Virus record (IMG/VR): IMGVR_UViG_3300047445_000186
Coordinates: 124,001-188,000 of that record
Reading direction: 5' to 3' (one strand)
Length of the DNA: 64,000 nucleotides
Made by a program: the position numbers and the translations under genes. This document shows, in pieces, positions 1 through 10,257 of this stretch. The stretch's first letter is position 1, and the number at the start of each line of letters is the position of its first letter. The notes beneath the pieces are model-generated. The model had not been told where the DNA came from and did not search any database. It saw nothing but the letters and a program-made list of their open reading frames with translations.

Positions 1-2
1 CC

Positions 3-164
3 GGCCCGCTCATTCGCGAGAAGATCCGGCCGTACGATGCGGAGCGGATCGCCGAGCTGGAAGAACAGCGGAAGTTCGAGATCGCTCGTGCCGAGTACGA
101 ACGCCGCCAATCAGTGAAGGCTCTCGCCGAGATCGACAAGATCAAGAAGAAGCTGTTCGCCTGA
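3..164 (+). CDS. 3' end of hypothetical protein (runs in from left edge)
   Basis: Open frame GPLIREKIRPYDAERIAELEEQ...KKLFA* ends at TGA 164, followed by a GC hairpin at 173-202. Confidence 0.6.
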   Translation, partial: GPLIREKIRPYDAERIAELEEQRKFEIARAEYERRQSVKALAEIDKIKKKLFA

Positions 165-228
165 TCCCACCCGACGCCGAACCTTATTTGAGGTTCGGCG
201 TCGGCGTTTCCGGAGCTAGAATCCGGGA

Positions 229-1170
229 ATGGCTGAAATCACAGAACAGGTTCGAGCGAAAATTCAAGCAGATGCCACGGCCCGGCTGAAGGAGCTTCGT
301 GCTCGGAACGTAGGCTCGGAGGAACCAGGGGCCCTCTGTGGCACCGTTCCAACCAAGCCCAATTGGCTAATCATCGGCAGCACGGCGGCGTACCGGTGGT
401 TCCCGGACATGCGGAAACCGGCCGATCTCGATCTGCTCACGCCAGCAACGATCAAGACCTCGAGCACCCAGCTCTGCTTCGTAGACACGCAGTGGCACGC
501 AGCAGCCGAGCATGTTCTGTCCGTGAATCGCGACCCAGTGTTCGCGGATCCAGACGTGCTGTACACGCTGAAGGTCTCGCACGCGCACTGGAACATCAAG
601 TGGCAGAAGACGATGGACGACATCGAAATTCTCCGCCGCAAAGGGTGCAAGCTGAACTTCAAGTTGTACGAACATCTCGTCGAAGTCTGGACAGAGATTC
701 ACGGCAAGAAGCACGTGAACATGAACCAGTCGATGGACACGTTCTTCAAGGATGCCGTTCAGCGCGAGTACGATCACGAGTACCTCCATGAGCTCGTCGC
801 GTTCAACGGTCGACCAATGCACGAGCGCCTTCGTCCTGACATCGGTACCGCATGGTGTGACCAGAATCTGTTCAATGCTCTGACCCCTGATGAACAGGCG
901 CAAACAGTCCTAGAAGAGATAATGGCTACTGCTATCGAGCGTTCCCGTCTGAACAATACGGCCCGTAAGAGCCAGAAGTTCGCGGCGATGAACAGAGCAC
1001 ACTTCCTGCTTTGCACATCCATGACCAAGGGATGGTTCGCGCGGTACCTGATTTTGAATCGATTTAACTTACTTTATGAGCGAAAAGAAGAATGGCTGAC
1101 GATAATGAACAAAGCGCTTTCGGTGATTTCGACAGCACCGACTCGAGCGTGTACACCTCGAAGCAATTGA
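229..1170 (+). CDS. Conserved phage protein with Pol-beta nucleotidyltransferase-like N-terminal motif
   Basis: LIIGSTA...PADLDLL (GS...DxD); TAGAAT-N6-ATG start. Confidence 0.55.
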   Translation: MAEITEQVRAKIQADATARLKELRARNVGSEEPGALCGTVPTKPNWLIIGSTAAYRWFPDMRKPADLDLLTPATIKTSSTQLCFVDTQWHAAAEHVLSVNRDPVFADPDVLYTLKVSHAHWNIKWQKTMDDIEILRRKGCKLNFKLYEHLVEVWTEIHGKKHVNMNQSMDTFFKDAVQREYDHEYLHELVAFNGRPMHERLRPDIGTAWCDQNLFNALTPDEQAQTVLEEIMATAIERSRLNNTARKSQKFAAMNRAHFLLCTSMTKGWFARYLILNRFNLLYERKEEWLTIMNKALSVISTAPTRACTPRSN

Positions 1171-1553
1171 CCCTGCTTGCTCTGACCGATCCTTGCGAGG
1201 CCCTGCAGATTGTGTTCGCTGGTTTGTCTGGCGACGCTGAAAAGGAGGACTTCGATTTGGAACAGTTCTGGAGCGAATGCTATCCCGAGCTTGAAGATTT
1301 CTCGGACGGTAAGGAGCACTACCTCGGCCTGACGTACCAGCTCGTGCATCAAGAAGGCGGCCACGAAGGTGGCGGCGAATCTGTCGATCGCGTGTACGCG
1401 CTGAAGGACTTCGTGAGCGGTGATGTGCACGCATTCATTCGCCAAACTGGTTACTACTACAGCCATAACGGCACAGAGTGGGACGATGGTCTGAACCAGG
1501 TGTATGCCCGCGAAGTAATGATCACGATCTACGAGGATAATCCGCATGTCTGA
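1092..1553 (+). CDS. Hypothetical acidic protein (true start may be TTG ~1167)
   Basis: ORF track; end overlaps start of next gene. Confidence 0.6.
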   Translation: MADDNEQSAFGDFDSTDSSVYTSKQLTLLALTDPCEALQIVFAGLSGDAEKEDFDLEQFWSECYPELEDFSDGKEHYLGLTYQLVHQEGGHEGGGESVDRVYALKDFVSGDVHAFIRQTGYYYSHNGTEWDDGLNQVYAREVMITIYEDNPHV

Positions 1554-1887
1554 AGAACTCACCAAGAAATTCGCGAAGAAGGATCCTGTCGCGTTCGTGA
1601 CGGCGCTGATCCGCTCACTCGGATATTCCACTAACCAGGCCGGTCGGTACAAGTACAAGAGTGATCTTGAACATGACGACTTCACGATGAAGCTCGTAGC
1701 CGAAGACGGTGGTGAGGGCGACGGCGCTCCGATCAGCCTCGTGTTCGAGGTCCAAGAGAACGGAAAGCATGTTCTGTACTTCGAAGTGACGGGAACGTAC
1801 AGCTCGTGGGCCGACACCGAGTACGATAGCGATATCGTGATCGTGAAGCCGAAGCAAGTGAAAGTAACCCAGTGGTTCCCCGTATGA
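1546..1887 (+). CDS. Hypothetical protein, distant paralogue of upstream gene
   Basis: Both share GGxxGxG...F...TGxYxS...V.pk.V motif pattern. Confidence 0.65.
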   Translation: MSEELTKKFAKKDPVAFVTALIRSLGYSTNQAGRYKYKSDLEHDDFTMKLVAEDGGEGDGAPISLVFEVQENGKHVLYFEVTGTYSSWADTEYDSDIVIVKPKQVKVTQWFPV

Positions 1888-2051
1888 TGCTCGAGGATTA
1901 TGTCGCGCATCTGAAGGAACTGGCTGAACAGTTCCACACGGAGTGGGTCAAGAGCCGGGTAACCAATCCACGGGAGTGGCCTCTGATGATGAACCAGGCA
2001 GATTGGGACGAGCAGTTCATGGCGTTCCTCACAGGCGATATCGACGTATGA
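1884..2051 (+). CDS. Small hypothetical protein (55 aa)
   Basis: MMLEDYVAHLKELAEQF...GDIDV*; ATGA overlaps at both ends. Confidence 0.55.
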   Translation: MMLEDYVAHLKELAEQFHTEWVKSRVTNPREWPLMMNQADWDEQFMAFLTGDIDV

Positions 2052-2386
2052 AGCTCTGGCGCTGGGAGCACGGTCGTCAGGGCGGTGGATACTCGAAGTT
2101 TACTCTCGCGTATTCCACTCGTCTGAATTTCGACATGTACATTCTGCGCCTACCCAAGGGCTCAATGGTTCAGGAACATACCGATCCAAGCCCAGAGGGT
2201 TTCGAGCATCATCGTGTGAACATCACGCTTCGCTCTGCAAGAACAGGTGGATGCACGTACTTCAGCCGAATGCGAGCGCCACTGCATTATCACTTCAGGC
2301 CGGACGTCATGAAGCATCATGTGACGGCGATCATGAAGGGAAATCTCTGGTTGCTCTCGATTGGTTGGCTTCGCCGAGCCCGCTAA
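2048..2386 (+). CDS. 2OG-Fe(II)/cupin-fold protein
   Basis: HTD...HHRVNI...H motif. Confidence 0.55.
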   Translation: MKLWRWEHGRQGGGYSKFTLAYSTRLNFDMYILRLPKGSMVQEHTDPSPEGFEHHRVNITLRSARTGGCTYFSRMRAPLHYHFRPDVMKHHVTAIMKGNLWLLSIGWLRRAR

Positions 2387-2440
2387 ATAAACAGCCTGAC
2401 ATTCAGTCAGCAATTTCTGTTTCTATTTTGGAGTTTGATA

Positions 2441-3484
2441 ATGAAGACATACTTTGGCGTTTCCCGTGATCACTCGGTCAGCATGCGAACAATCGTACAA
2501 GCTGCTCAGAAGGATTACAACGCAACTATTCTCGCCACTCAACGCGCAGCAGCCGCGAACAACATCGAGACCGTGCTCTCTGTTGTACGATGTGGTGGTA
2601 ACGTCGAACGAGATCTGACTCTCGTACCGATCGGTTCCGTTCCCCAACTGAAATCCTACGACGCTTACGGTAGCAGCACTCCGCTGTTCGAATCCGTGAA
2701 CGTGCTGATTGACGACTTCCTTCGCCTGCCTGATGCGCAAGACCCTGAAGTCACGTTCATCGTGATGGCCACGACTGACGGTGAGAACAACTCTGGCCGC
2801 ACCACTGGTCCGCAACTCGCAGCTCGCATCAAGGAGCTCCAGAAGACCGATCGTTGGACATTCGTGTTCCGCGTTCCGAAGGGCGATGCTCGTGATCTGA
2901 TTCGCCTTGGCATCGAGCCAGGGAACATCCTCGAGTGGGACCAAACCGAGCGTGGTGTTCAAGCTGCGTCGCAAGCGAACGATCAAGCGTTCGATGAGTT
3001 CTACAAGAACCGCGCATCTGGCACGAAGAGCACGAAGACGTTCTACACCTCGATGAAGGACGTGACTGTTTCCGAGGTGAAGGCTGTGCTGACAGACATC
3101 TCGAGCGAAGTGAACCTCTGGCCAGTCGCCACGAAGGAAGAAGGCACGGCGATTCGTGAATTCGTTGAAGGACGCCTTCATGGTCAAGCGATGCTGAAGG
3201 GCGCTGCGTTCTATCAGCTCGTGAAGAAGGAAGACAAGATCCAAGCGAACAAGAAGATCGTGATCCGTGACAAGAACAGCGGTGCGATTTACTACGGTGA
3301 CGCGGCACGCGACATGGTCGGTCTGCCAAAATTCCAAGACGCTCGTGTCCGCCCTGAAGATCATGGCCTGTTCGATGTGTTCATCCAATCGACTTCGGTG
3401 AACCGCAAGGTGAATGCGAACACGCAGCTGATGTACTGGCCTGGCGTAGGTAAGGCATTCAAGGAAGGGATTAGCGCGCGATGA
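2441..3484 (+). CDS. von Willebrand factor A domain protein
   Basis: MIDAS-like DHSVSM, TPLFES, TDGENN; SD GGAG; TAAATA at 2384. Confidence 0.75.
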   Translation: MKTYFGVSRDHSVSMRTIVQAAQKDYNATILATQRAAAANNIETVLSVVRCGGNVERDLTLVPIGSVPQLKSYDAYGSSTPLFESVNVLIDDFLRLPDAQDPEVTFIVMATTDGENNSGRTTGPQLAARIKELQKTDRWTFVFRVPKGDARDLIRLGIEPGNILEWDQTERGVQAASQANDQAFDEFYKNRASGTKSTKTFYTSMKDVTVSEVKAVLTDISSEVNLWPVATKEEGTAIREFVEGRLHGQAMLKGAAFYQLVKKEDKIQANKKIVIRDKNSGAIYYGDAARDMVGLPKFQDARVRPEDHGLFDVFIQSTSVNRKVNANTQLMYWPGVGKAFKEGISAR

Positions 3485-3777
3485 GCACACCACTTCTGAA
3501 AAAGCCGTTCAAAAATGAACACGGCCAAGTGATCAACATCGGTGATACGGTAATTGCGATCGCTCAAGGGTACAGCAAGCGCGTTCACGTTCGACTCGGC
3601 GTGTACGTTGGTCTTCGCGAAGACTCGCGTGGGAACGTGACAAGCGTGACTGCTCGAGTGAACGTGCGTGATTGGAAGTACGATCACATCAAAAAGGCTG
3701 GTGAGTACCGAACGATCTCTCGCCTGAGCACGCTGCCGAATCAACGAATTTATCCAACGGAGGCCGTTCATGGCTAA
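3481..3777 (+). CDS. Hypothetical protein
   Basis: ATGA-coupled ORF; GQVINIGD motif similar to next gene. Confidence 0.6.
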   Translation: MSTPLLKKPFKNEHGQVINIGDTVIAIAQGYSKRVHVRLGVYVGLREDSRGNVTSVTARVNVRDWKYDHIKKAGEYRTISRLSTLPNQRIYPTEAVHG

Positions 3778-4063
3778 GAAAACAACTCTCACTTGGGAAG
3801 AAATTCCGGTCATTGGTAATCTTGGGCACACCATTCAGCCTGGCGATCAAGTGTTCACGTTCACGCAAGTGTACGGACGTGGAACTCGCGTTTGTCGTGG
3901 TACGTACGTTGGAACAAAGAAAGTACCTCACAGGTACAATCCAGGCGAGTTCCGTGAAACGTACGTCGTGCAACGCGAGGATGAGAGCTACACTGTGCTC
4001 CATTACGCAGGGATGGTCCCGACTGGGACGTCGCTGGATGACCTCCATGATCGCGTGATCTGA
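3770..4063 (+). CDS. Hypothetical protein
   Basis: SD GGAGG; followed by terminator. Confidence 0.6.
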   Translation: MAKKTTLTWEEIPVIGNLGHTIQPGDQVFTFTQVYGRGTRVCRGTYVGTKKVPHRYNPGEFRETYVVQREDESYTVLHYAGMVPTGTSLDDLHDRVI

Positions 4064-4083
4064 TACTTTCGTTTTCAAATCCA

Positions 4084-4110
4084 AAGGGCCTTCGGGCCCT
4101 TTTCTGTTTT
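4084..4110 (+). terminator. Rho-independent terminator
   Basis: AAGGGCC-TTCG-GGCCCTT + T tract. Confidence 0.8.
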
Positions 4111-4252
4111 CGGCTTCAGGTTCATTCAAGAGTAATCGCATGTATCCTCTGTCCTGGACCGGCCCGGTTGGCCGGCGTGACATAATTAACACATCCACTT
4201 AGTAAACATCCGCAGTTTGCTAAGTAGGATACGTTCCAATTCTCTAAACACA

Positions 4253-5359
4253 ATGACCCGAATTCTCTTCATTCTCAAAAAGCGCCCCGCTGGGCCGTAC
4301 GATTCCTGGAGCTACACCACCGACGGCCGCATGCTGCCATCTGGTCTCTCCATCTCCGCCACTCAAATGGCATACGCACTTGACGATCTCGGCATCGAGA
4401 ACAAGCTCGTGCAAGTGATCGACAACAACTGCATCGATCGCGAAGTGACGGCTTACAAGCCAACGCACGTGATCATCGAGGCATTCTGGGTTGTCCCAGA
4501 GAAGTTCGACATCCTTCGCAAGCTGCACCCAACGGTCCGCTGGATTGTTCGGAATCACTCGAAGTCCGACTTCCTTGCGCACGAAGGTGGCATGATCGGT
4601 TGGGCGGTTGATTACATCCGTAATGGCATCACGCTCGCGTGCAACTCGCCAGAAGCGACGGTTGATTTCCAGCGCGTCGCAATCGCTGCTGGTGCCGATC
4701 CGAAGTACGTGATCTACCTGCCGAACTTCTACCGTGTCGAGCCATCTGACACGGGCCTGCCTTCCATGCTCTGGAAAGCTCTGCGTTACTTCCGCATCTA
4801 TGGGAAGCCGCCTGAGCGCACTGGCGTGATGAACGTCGGTTGCTTCGGTGCCGTGCGTCCGCTGAAGAACCACATGCATCAAGCGATGGCTGCAATCATC
4901 GTGGCCGACAAGCTTGGCCTGAAGCTGAAGTTCCACATAAACGGCAATCGGATCGAAGGCAAGGCCGAGTCGATCATCTGGGCTCTGCGCGCTCTGTTCA
5001 AGCGATTCCCTCAGCACGAGCTGATCGAACTCGGCTGGCTTGCGCACAAGGAGTTCACTGAAGTCGTGCACACGATGGATGTTGTGATGCAAGTCTCGAA
5101 CAGCGAGACGTTCAACATCGTGTCCGCTGATGCGGTCGCGCATGGCGTTCCTGTTCTTGTCTCGGACGAAATCCCTTGGCTTGACGGTGAGTACCACGCG
5201 AATCCGAACGATGTGCACGACATCTCGCATCGCCTGATGAACCTGTACCTCGGTAGCGGGAACGGCATGCTCCAGTCCGATCAACGCAATCAGCTGCACA
5301 AGTATGCTGATCGTTCGACCTGGATCTGGGGTCAGTACCTTCTGGGTTCCGACGCCTGA
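4253..5359 (+). CDS. Glycosyltransferase, GT-B fold (GT4-like)
   Basis: FGAVRPLKNH and SETFNIVSADAVAHGVPVLVS motifs. Confidence 0.75.
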   Translation: MTRILFILKKRPAGPYDSWSYTTDGRMLPSGLSISATQMAYALDDLGIENKLVQVIDNNCIDREVTAYKPTHVIIEAFWVVPEKFDILRKLHPTVRWIVRNHSKSDFLAHEGGMIGWAVDYIRNGITLACNSPEATVDFQRVAIAAGADPKYVIYLPNFYRVEPSDTGLPSMLWKALRYFRIYGKPPERTGVMNVGCFGAVRPLKNHMHQAMAAIIVADKLGLKLKFHINGNRIEGKAESIIWALRALFKRFPQHELIELGWLAHKEFTEVVHTMDVVMQVSNSETFNIVSADAVAHGVPVLVSDEIPWLDGEYHANPNDVHDISHRLMNLYLGSGNGMLQSDQRNQLHKYADRSTWIWGQYLLGSDA

Positions 5360-5489
5360 GCGACACCCGGTTCGATCTGAACTGAGCTAAACAAGAGGGA
5401 CTCTTCGGAGTCCCTCGGCCGTTTCTGGTGGCACGTCGTCCGTCCTGGAACCGCAGTGCTCCATGCAATGCTGATCATTACAATTACAC

Positions 5490-6044
5490 ATGAGAATCGT
5501 AAATTTATTCGCAGGCCCGGGCACCGGCAAATCCACCACCGCTGCCGCGCTGTTCACTGAGCTGAAGTACCGCGGCATCAACTGCGAGTACATTCCAGAG
5601 TACGCGAAGGACGCTGCTTGGGAGGGCCGCGGCAAGAAGTTCTTCCGCGCTCAACAGCTCATTTACGGGAAGCAATCGTTCCGCATCGAGCGCGTCGCCG
5701 AAGAAGTAGATCTGATGGTCACTGACTGCCCGCTGATGATGGGCTTGGTGTACATGCCAGAGGATTATCCAATGCCTTCGCTACGTGATGTGATCGTCGA
5801 AGATCACGATCGGTACGACAATCTGAACATCTTCCTGAAGCGGAACAAGCCGTTCAATCCAAAGGGCCGGAATCAGAACGAAGCAGAAGCGAAGGAGCTC
5901 GATCGCGACATCAGGAACATGCTCATCGATCGTGACGTGAACTTCCATGAGCTGGATTTCAGCCGAAAGAACGTGAAGGAAATCATTCGTCAAATGATCA
6001 ACGTTGGTTGGGCGAATGACATCCCTGCGCTTCTAAATAAGTGA
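5490..6044 (+). CDS. P-loop nucleotide kinase / AAA_28 (NadR-like) protein
   Basis: Walker A GPGTGKST; EYAKD; GRNQ. Confidence 0.75.
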   Translation: MRIVNLFAGPGTGKSTTAAALFTELKYRGINCEYIPEYAKDAAWEGRGKKFFRAQQLIYGKQSFRIERVAEEVDLMVTDCPLMMGLVYMPEDYPMPSLRDVIVEDHDRYDNLNIFLKRNKPFNPKGRNQNEAEAKELDRDIRNMLIDRDVNFHELDFSRKNVKEIIRQMINVGWANDIPALLNK

Positions 6045-6841
6045 TGCTCAAGTATCTCTTCGCTCTTCTTTTCTTCGTACACACGAGCACATTCGCTGCG
6101 CAACTTCCTCCGCTCCCAATGGAGGAGTGCGTCGCTCAAGCTCCGTACGGTTTTCCTGAATCCCAAAAGCAGAACACCACCAAGGTCTGCCGAGTAGGGT
6201 ACGCACTCGAACACGACAACGTCGCGAAGATTCCTGCATGGGTCTCGTACACGTTGACGCCAAAGAAGGCGACTGGTTGCTTCGCACGCACTGACGATTT
6301 TGATCGTGATCGCTCGCTGCCAGTTCTGTTCGCAAGTACGCCAAAGGATTACGCTAAGAGCGGGTACGACATGGGCCATCAAGCGAATGATGGCGACATG
6401 CGCTGGGACCTGCAAGCAGAGGAAGACTCGTTCATCCTCTCGAACATGGCACCACAACTGCCTGGTTTCAATCGTGGTATTTGGAAGAAGCTTGAGGATT
6501 ACACGCGTGGTTGGACGATCAGCCGCGACAACGAGCTCCTGATTTATGTCGGCCCCGTGTACGATCGTGCACAAGACCCGACGATTGGTAAAGGTTTCGT
6601 GACTGTGCCGCACGCGTTCTACAAGATCATCGTGGACACTGAGACGAGGGAAGTTCAGCCGTTCCTGTTCAAGCATGAACCGTCACGTGCTGATCTGGGG
6701 ATGTTCATCTCGTCGATCGCTGAGATTCAGCGTCAGACCGGGTTGGTGTTCCCGCTGCCAAAGCGCCCAAAGATGTCGAAGACTCTTTGGCCAGTGAAAC
6801 TTAAGAGCGCAATCTCTTCAAAGACCTGCAGCATCCAATGA
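6044..6841 (+). CDS. DNA/RNA non-specific endonuclease (NucA-like) with signal peptide
   Basis: GYDMGHQA, SNMAPQ..FNRGIWKKLE, VPHAFYK; hydrophobic N-terminus ending TFA-A. Confidence 0.9.
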   Translation: MLKYLFALLFFVHTSTFAAQLPPLPMEECVAQAPYGFPESQKQNTTKVCRVGYALEHDNVAKIPAWVSYTLTPKKATGCFARTDDFDRDRSLPVLFASTPKDYAKSGYDMGHQANDGDMRWDLQAEEDSFILSNMAPQLPGFNRGIWKKLEDYTRGWTISRDNELLIYVGPVYDRAQDPTIGKGFVTVPHAFYKIIVDTETREVQPFLFKHEPSRADLGMFISSIAEIQRQTGLVFPLPKRPKMSKTLWPVKLKSAISSKTCSIQ

Positions 6842-7110
6842 GCGAAATCAATCCAAAGAAACCTGTTGTTCGAGGTCGCGCCTCGATCGTGCACTCATCA
6901 CTCGAGGTCACTGTGCTCTGGAAGAGCCAGCTCGAGAAGGCGATCGCATGGTTGATTGAGCGTGAATTCGAATTCAGTTGGGAGGTGAAGGTTGGCGACA
7001 GCATCACCCCAAACACGTACACCTTGACGGTGCACGACATTCCTTGGGCGGACAATCTGAAACAGTTCGCCAAGGTTCTTGAGAAGTGTGATTTTCAATC
7101 TGACATATAG
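6838..7110 (+). CDS. Hypothetical protein
   Basis: ATGA-coupled ORF. Confidence 0.55.
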   Translation: MSEINPKKPVVRGRASIVHSSLEVTVLWKSQLEKAIAWLIEREFEFSWEVKVGDSITPNTYTLTVHDIPWADNLKQFAKVLEKCDFQSDI

Positions 7111-7196
7111 GAGGAAGCTATGTCACAGCTAAACGCGGAGAACACAACGGTGTTCCAAAACACTCTGTAAATGGAGTCTCAAAGAAGTTCAGACGG

Positions 7197-7511
7197 ATGT
7201 CTGAGCTTTACAAGCACTTCGCTATCAATATGTCCAGCACTCTGGACTTCAGCGACGAGGCTTTACTTTCCCTGTACAATCACGAGTCATACGGCCGTCC
7301 GCTCAGTGCGAACAACGGTTTCGGTTATGGCAAGCAGTACCTGAATTTGCAGGTCACGTCTTGGCGTGAAGACCTCAGACGAGGTTGGATCTTCAAGCAT
7401 GAGCTGTACTCAGATCCGAACTACCCGCATTGGTGGCTCGATTCGGTACTCGCTAATGTGTTCTCAGGTTCGACGTACCAGGAGATCCTGAAAGAGTGCA
7501 CGTTGTTCTAA
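7197..7511 (+). CDS. Hypothetical protein
   Basis: ORF track. Confidence 0.55.
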   Translation: MSELYKHFAINMSSTLDFSDEALLSLYNHESYGRPLSANNGFGYGKQYLNLQVTSWREDLRRGWIFKHELYSDPNYPHWWLDSVLANVFSGSTYQEILKECTLF

Positions 7512-7534
7512 GCTTGCAGAGCTACAATCCTTGA

Positions 7535-8110
7535 ATGGATCAAGAACTAAAAGCTGTATTTCTGGACATTGACGGTGTGCTGAACAACTCGCGTTCAGTC
7601 GCCGTCAAAATCGGCCCTTCATCTGAGGGTCTAGCAAAGCGTGTCCGAATCGAACCACTGCCGTTCGTTGTTCAGTACGCGCTGAAGACGATCGATCCGG
7701 TCTGCGTCGCATTGCTGAACAAGCTTTTCGATGCAGATCCTGAGCTCGCATTGGTGCTCAGCTCGTCGCATCGCGCATATCTGATGGAGACCGGGTACTT
7801 ATTCAGGTCGTCTGAGCACTTGGCTGCTCTTCGCCATTATCTGACAGCAATGGGTGTGAACGTTCCGCGGACATTCTCCGCGACTGCACGTTTGCATAAA
7901 GAACGAGGATACGAAGTCGATGACTTCCTTTGCCATGCGTACGAGAACGGAATCGACATCGATCGGTACATCATCCTCGACGATTCGAAGGATTTCCTGC
8001 CAGGGCAGCCACTGATCTGGTGCGACCCTGAGTATGGATTCAGCTACGCGAATTACGTCGAAGCGTGCAAACAACTCGGCCTCCAAGAACCAAGCGTGAT
8101 CCTTTTCTAA
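7535..8110 (+). CDS. HAD-superfamily phosphatase (HAD_SAK_2, RNA-repair-associated type)
   Basis: FLDIDGVLN, LVLSSS, YIILDD motifs. Confidence 0.8.
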   Translation: MDQELKAVFLDIDGVLNNSRSVAVKIGPSSEGLAKRVRIEPLPFVVQYALKTIDPVCVALLNKLFDADPELALVLSSSHRAYLMETGYLFRSSEHLAALRHYLTAMGVNVPRTFSATARLHKERGYEVDDFLCHAYENGIDIDRYIILDDSKDFLPGQPLIWCDPEYGFSYANYVEACKQLGLQEPSVILF

Positions 8111-8111
8111 C

Positions 8112-8630
8112 ATGATCAGAACAAAGCACAACCCAACGATGAACCTCGATAAGAACACTTTCGGAAAAGCCCCAGCGGCAATGTACCTGGTTGTGCTGCT
8201 GCAAGAGCGAGACAATCAAGCCCTGACTCGCAAAGTCGCTCGCGTGATCGAGAGCTTCCGTGAACTGCTGAACGACATCGTGGCGTGTCACTACCAGACC
8301 GAAGAGCTGAAGACCGCGTCGTTCAACAAGCTCCTCGAGATGATGCACGATCGGATCAAGATCGCGACCGCTCAGCTGCCTGATGAATTCATTGGCCACA
8401 TCGTGCGGAACATCCTGACTGGCGAGCTGAAGACGCTGAAGCGGCGCGCAGCCCGTACCGGCCATCTGCAATCGAGCATTGCACGGAAGACGCCAAGCGG
8501 CTGGACCGTGCCGATGGTGAAGGCCACGCCACTGATGAACGAACCGTCTGAAGAAGAACGGATGAAGCAGCTCCAAGCGAAAAGCTCGGCCTATCTCGCT
8601 CGCAAGGGCAAAAAGAACACGTTGTATTGA
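8112..8630 (+). CDS. Hypothetical protein
   Basis: ORF track, operon packing. Confidence 0.6.
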   Translation: MIRTKHNPTMNLDKNTFGKAPAAMYLVVLLQERDNQALTRKVARVIESFRELLNDIVACHYQTEELKTASFNKLLEMMHDRIKIATAQLPDEFIGHIVRNILTGELKTLKRRAARTGHLQSSIARKTPSGWTVPMVKATPLMNEPSEEERMKQLQAKSSAYLARKGKKNTLY

Positions 8631-8631
8631 A

Positions 8632-9006
8632 ATGTACGAATTCGAATTCATGAAGGACTACTCGTTCAACAGGCACATTGAGCCTGGCGAGAAGGCGACC
8701 ATTCGGATCTTGGACGCTACCCCGTTCAAGAAGTTCTACTACGTGCACTCGCACAAGCCGGACTTTAACGAGATGATCTTGCGGCCTGAGCTCTGTGAGA
8801 AGGCCGAAGATCGGTACCACATGCCGATCGTTCACGATGGTGAGCCCAAGATTCTGAGCATGCGTGGCGCAACGTACAAGCAGCTCATGCGCAAGGTCGA
8901 AGAGATCGAGCGTGAACGCAAATACTGGGAGGGCCTTGCACTGAGTCAGAAGGAGGCCGCCCGCCGATTCAAACTTTCAAGGATGCAATATGACCGCAAG
9001 AAATGA
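8632..9006 (+). CDS. Hypothetical protein
   Basis: ORF track, operon packing. Confidence 0.55.
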   Translation: MYEFEFMKDYSFNRHIEPGEKATIRILDATPFKKFYYVHSHKPDFNEMILRPELCEKAEDRYHMPIVHDGEPKILSMRGATYKQLMRKVEEIERERKYWEGLALSQKEAARRFKLSRMQYDRKK

Positions 9007-9280
9007 CATCACTGGCGACTCGATCGCCACCAAGAGTTCCACTGAAGCGTACCGCGACGGTTGGGACGCAATCTTCGGCAAGAAGGCCAAGACCGCAACC
9101 GTGATCAAGGTCGAAACGCCTGCACCGACCGTGGAAGTCGAAGTGCAGAACGAGCGTGACGCACTGACCCGTCAATGGTGGGCGTTCTGTGAGAAAAGCC
9201 AACCGCGTTCCAAGCCGTTCCCAACGTTCGCGGAATGGGAACACGCAGTGTCAGCAGGGAAGTCGCTCGATGAGCTGTGA
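8990..9280 (+). CDS. Hypothetical phage protein
   Basis: NDITGDSIATK...YRDGWDAIF motif. Confidence 0.6.
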   Translation: MTARNDITGDSIATKSSTEAYRDGWDAIFGKKAKTATVIKVETPAPTVEVEVQNERDALTRQWWAFCEKSQPRSKPFPTFAEWEHAVSAGKSLDEL

Positions 9281-9491
9281 GTGCTACAAGATCGGCGGGC
9301 GCTTCATAGCTGAAGACCCTGACTGTCCTGCACACGGGACAGTCGCGCAGATGGAGCGCGATCAAGAGCAACTCGAGCATGCTGAGATGGAAGATCGTAT
9401 CGCCTCGCTCGAGTCTGAAGTTCAAACGCAACAAGCGCTGATTGAGAAGCTTTCAGAGGTTCTCTCTATCTTGCTCGGTGCACTAACCTAA
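9270..9491 (+). CDS. Small Cys-containing coiled-coil protein
   Basis: MSCECY...DPDCPAHG followed by coiled coil. Confidence 0.55.
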   Translation: MSCECYKIGGRFIAEDPDCPAHGTVAQMERDQEQLEHAEMEDRIASLESEVQTQQALIEKLSEVLSILLGALT

Positions 9492-9499
9492 GGAAACAT

Positions 9500-9784
9500 A
9501 TGTCTACTATTCTCCAAGAAGCACTTGACGCAGCCGATGAGGTAGTTGCTGCACTGAAGGCAAAAGGCATCGATGCACAAGAGTATCGCGAAACCATTGC
9601 CATCGAACTCTTCGACGAAGGGTTGCTGGAAGGTAACTATGATTCGTCTTGCGATATTGGCACGCACGGTCTGCGAGCAATTCAGGAAGACGAATACGAC
9701 CAGCACATGGAATTCTCGGACGACAAGCCCGATTGGAATGACATGCTGTGCCAAACGAACCTCAGCTATGTTTGGTTGACCTAA
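9500..9784 (+). CDS. Hypothetical acidic protein
   Basis: SD AAGGA upstream. Confidence 0.6.
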   Translation: MSTILQEALDAADEVVAALKAKGIDAQEYRETIAIELFDEGLLEGNYDSSCDIGTHGLRAIQEDEYDQHMEFSDDKPDWNDMLCQTNLSYVWLT

Positions 9785-9786
9785 GT

Positions 9787-10170
9787 ATGCTTAAATTTAA
9801 GAGTAGAAACGTGATCGAGGTCAGCGACTGGGATGATCTCGTAGAGAAAACGTACGGCAAAATCTACAGCTTCCAACAACAGGAAGGGTGCCAATCACGA
9901 GGTGTTCACACCATTCGTGTTCCGGAAGAATGCGAAGATTATGATCAAACCTCAATTCCTGAAGTGATCAATGGCGAAGAAATGGGCGTGTCGTTCGCGG
10001 CATGGCTGGCCCGCAATCCGAAAGAATGGAACGGCGATCCTAAAGAGAAGCGATTCCTGGACTTGTTCTGGAGTCGAAACTTCTATCCAGAACTCCAGGT
10101 CGTCGCGAATGATCTGCACGCAAAGGGCCTGATTCCGGACGGCGAGTACGACATCAACATCGATTGGTGA
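9787..10170 (+). CDS. Hypothetical protein
   Basis: ORF track. Confidence 0.6.
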   Translation: MLKFKSRNVIEVSDWDDLVEKTYGKIYSFQQQEGCQSRGVHTIRVPEECEDYDQTSIPEVINGEEMGVSFAAWLARNPKEWNGDPKEKRFLDLFWSRNFYPELQVVANDLHAKGLIPDGEYDINIDW

Positions 10171-10257
10171 GACCTGATCCTTCGTTGAAGTGGCCAAAGG
10201 GTGGCTAACACTTAGAATTGCAAGTGTTAGCCATTTTAATTTCAACAAAGGATCGAA

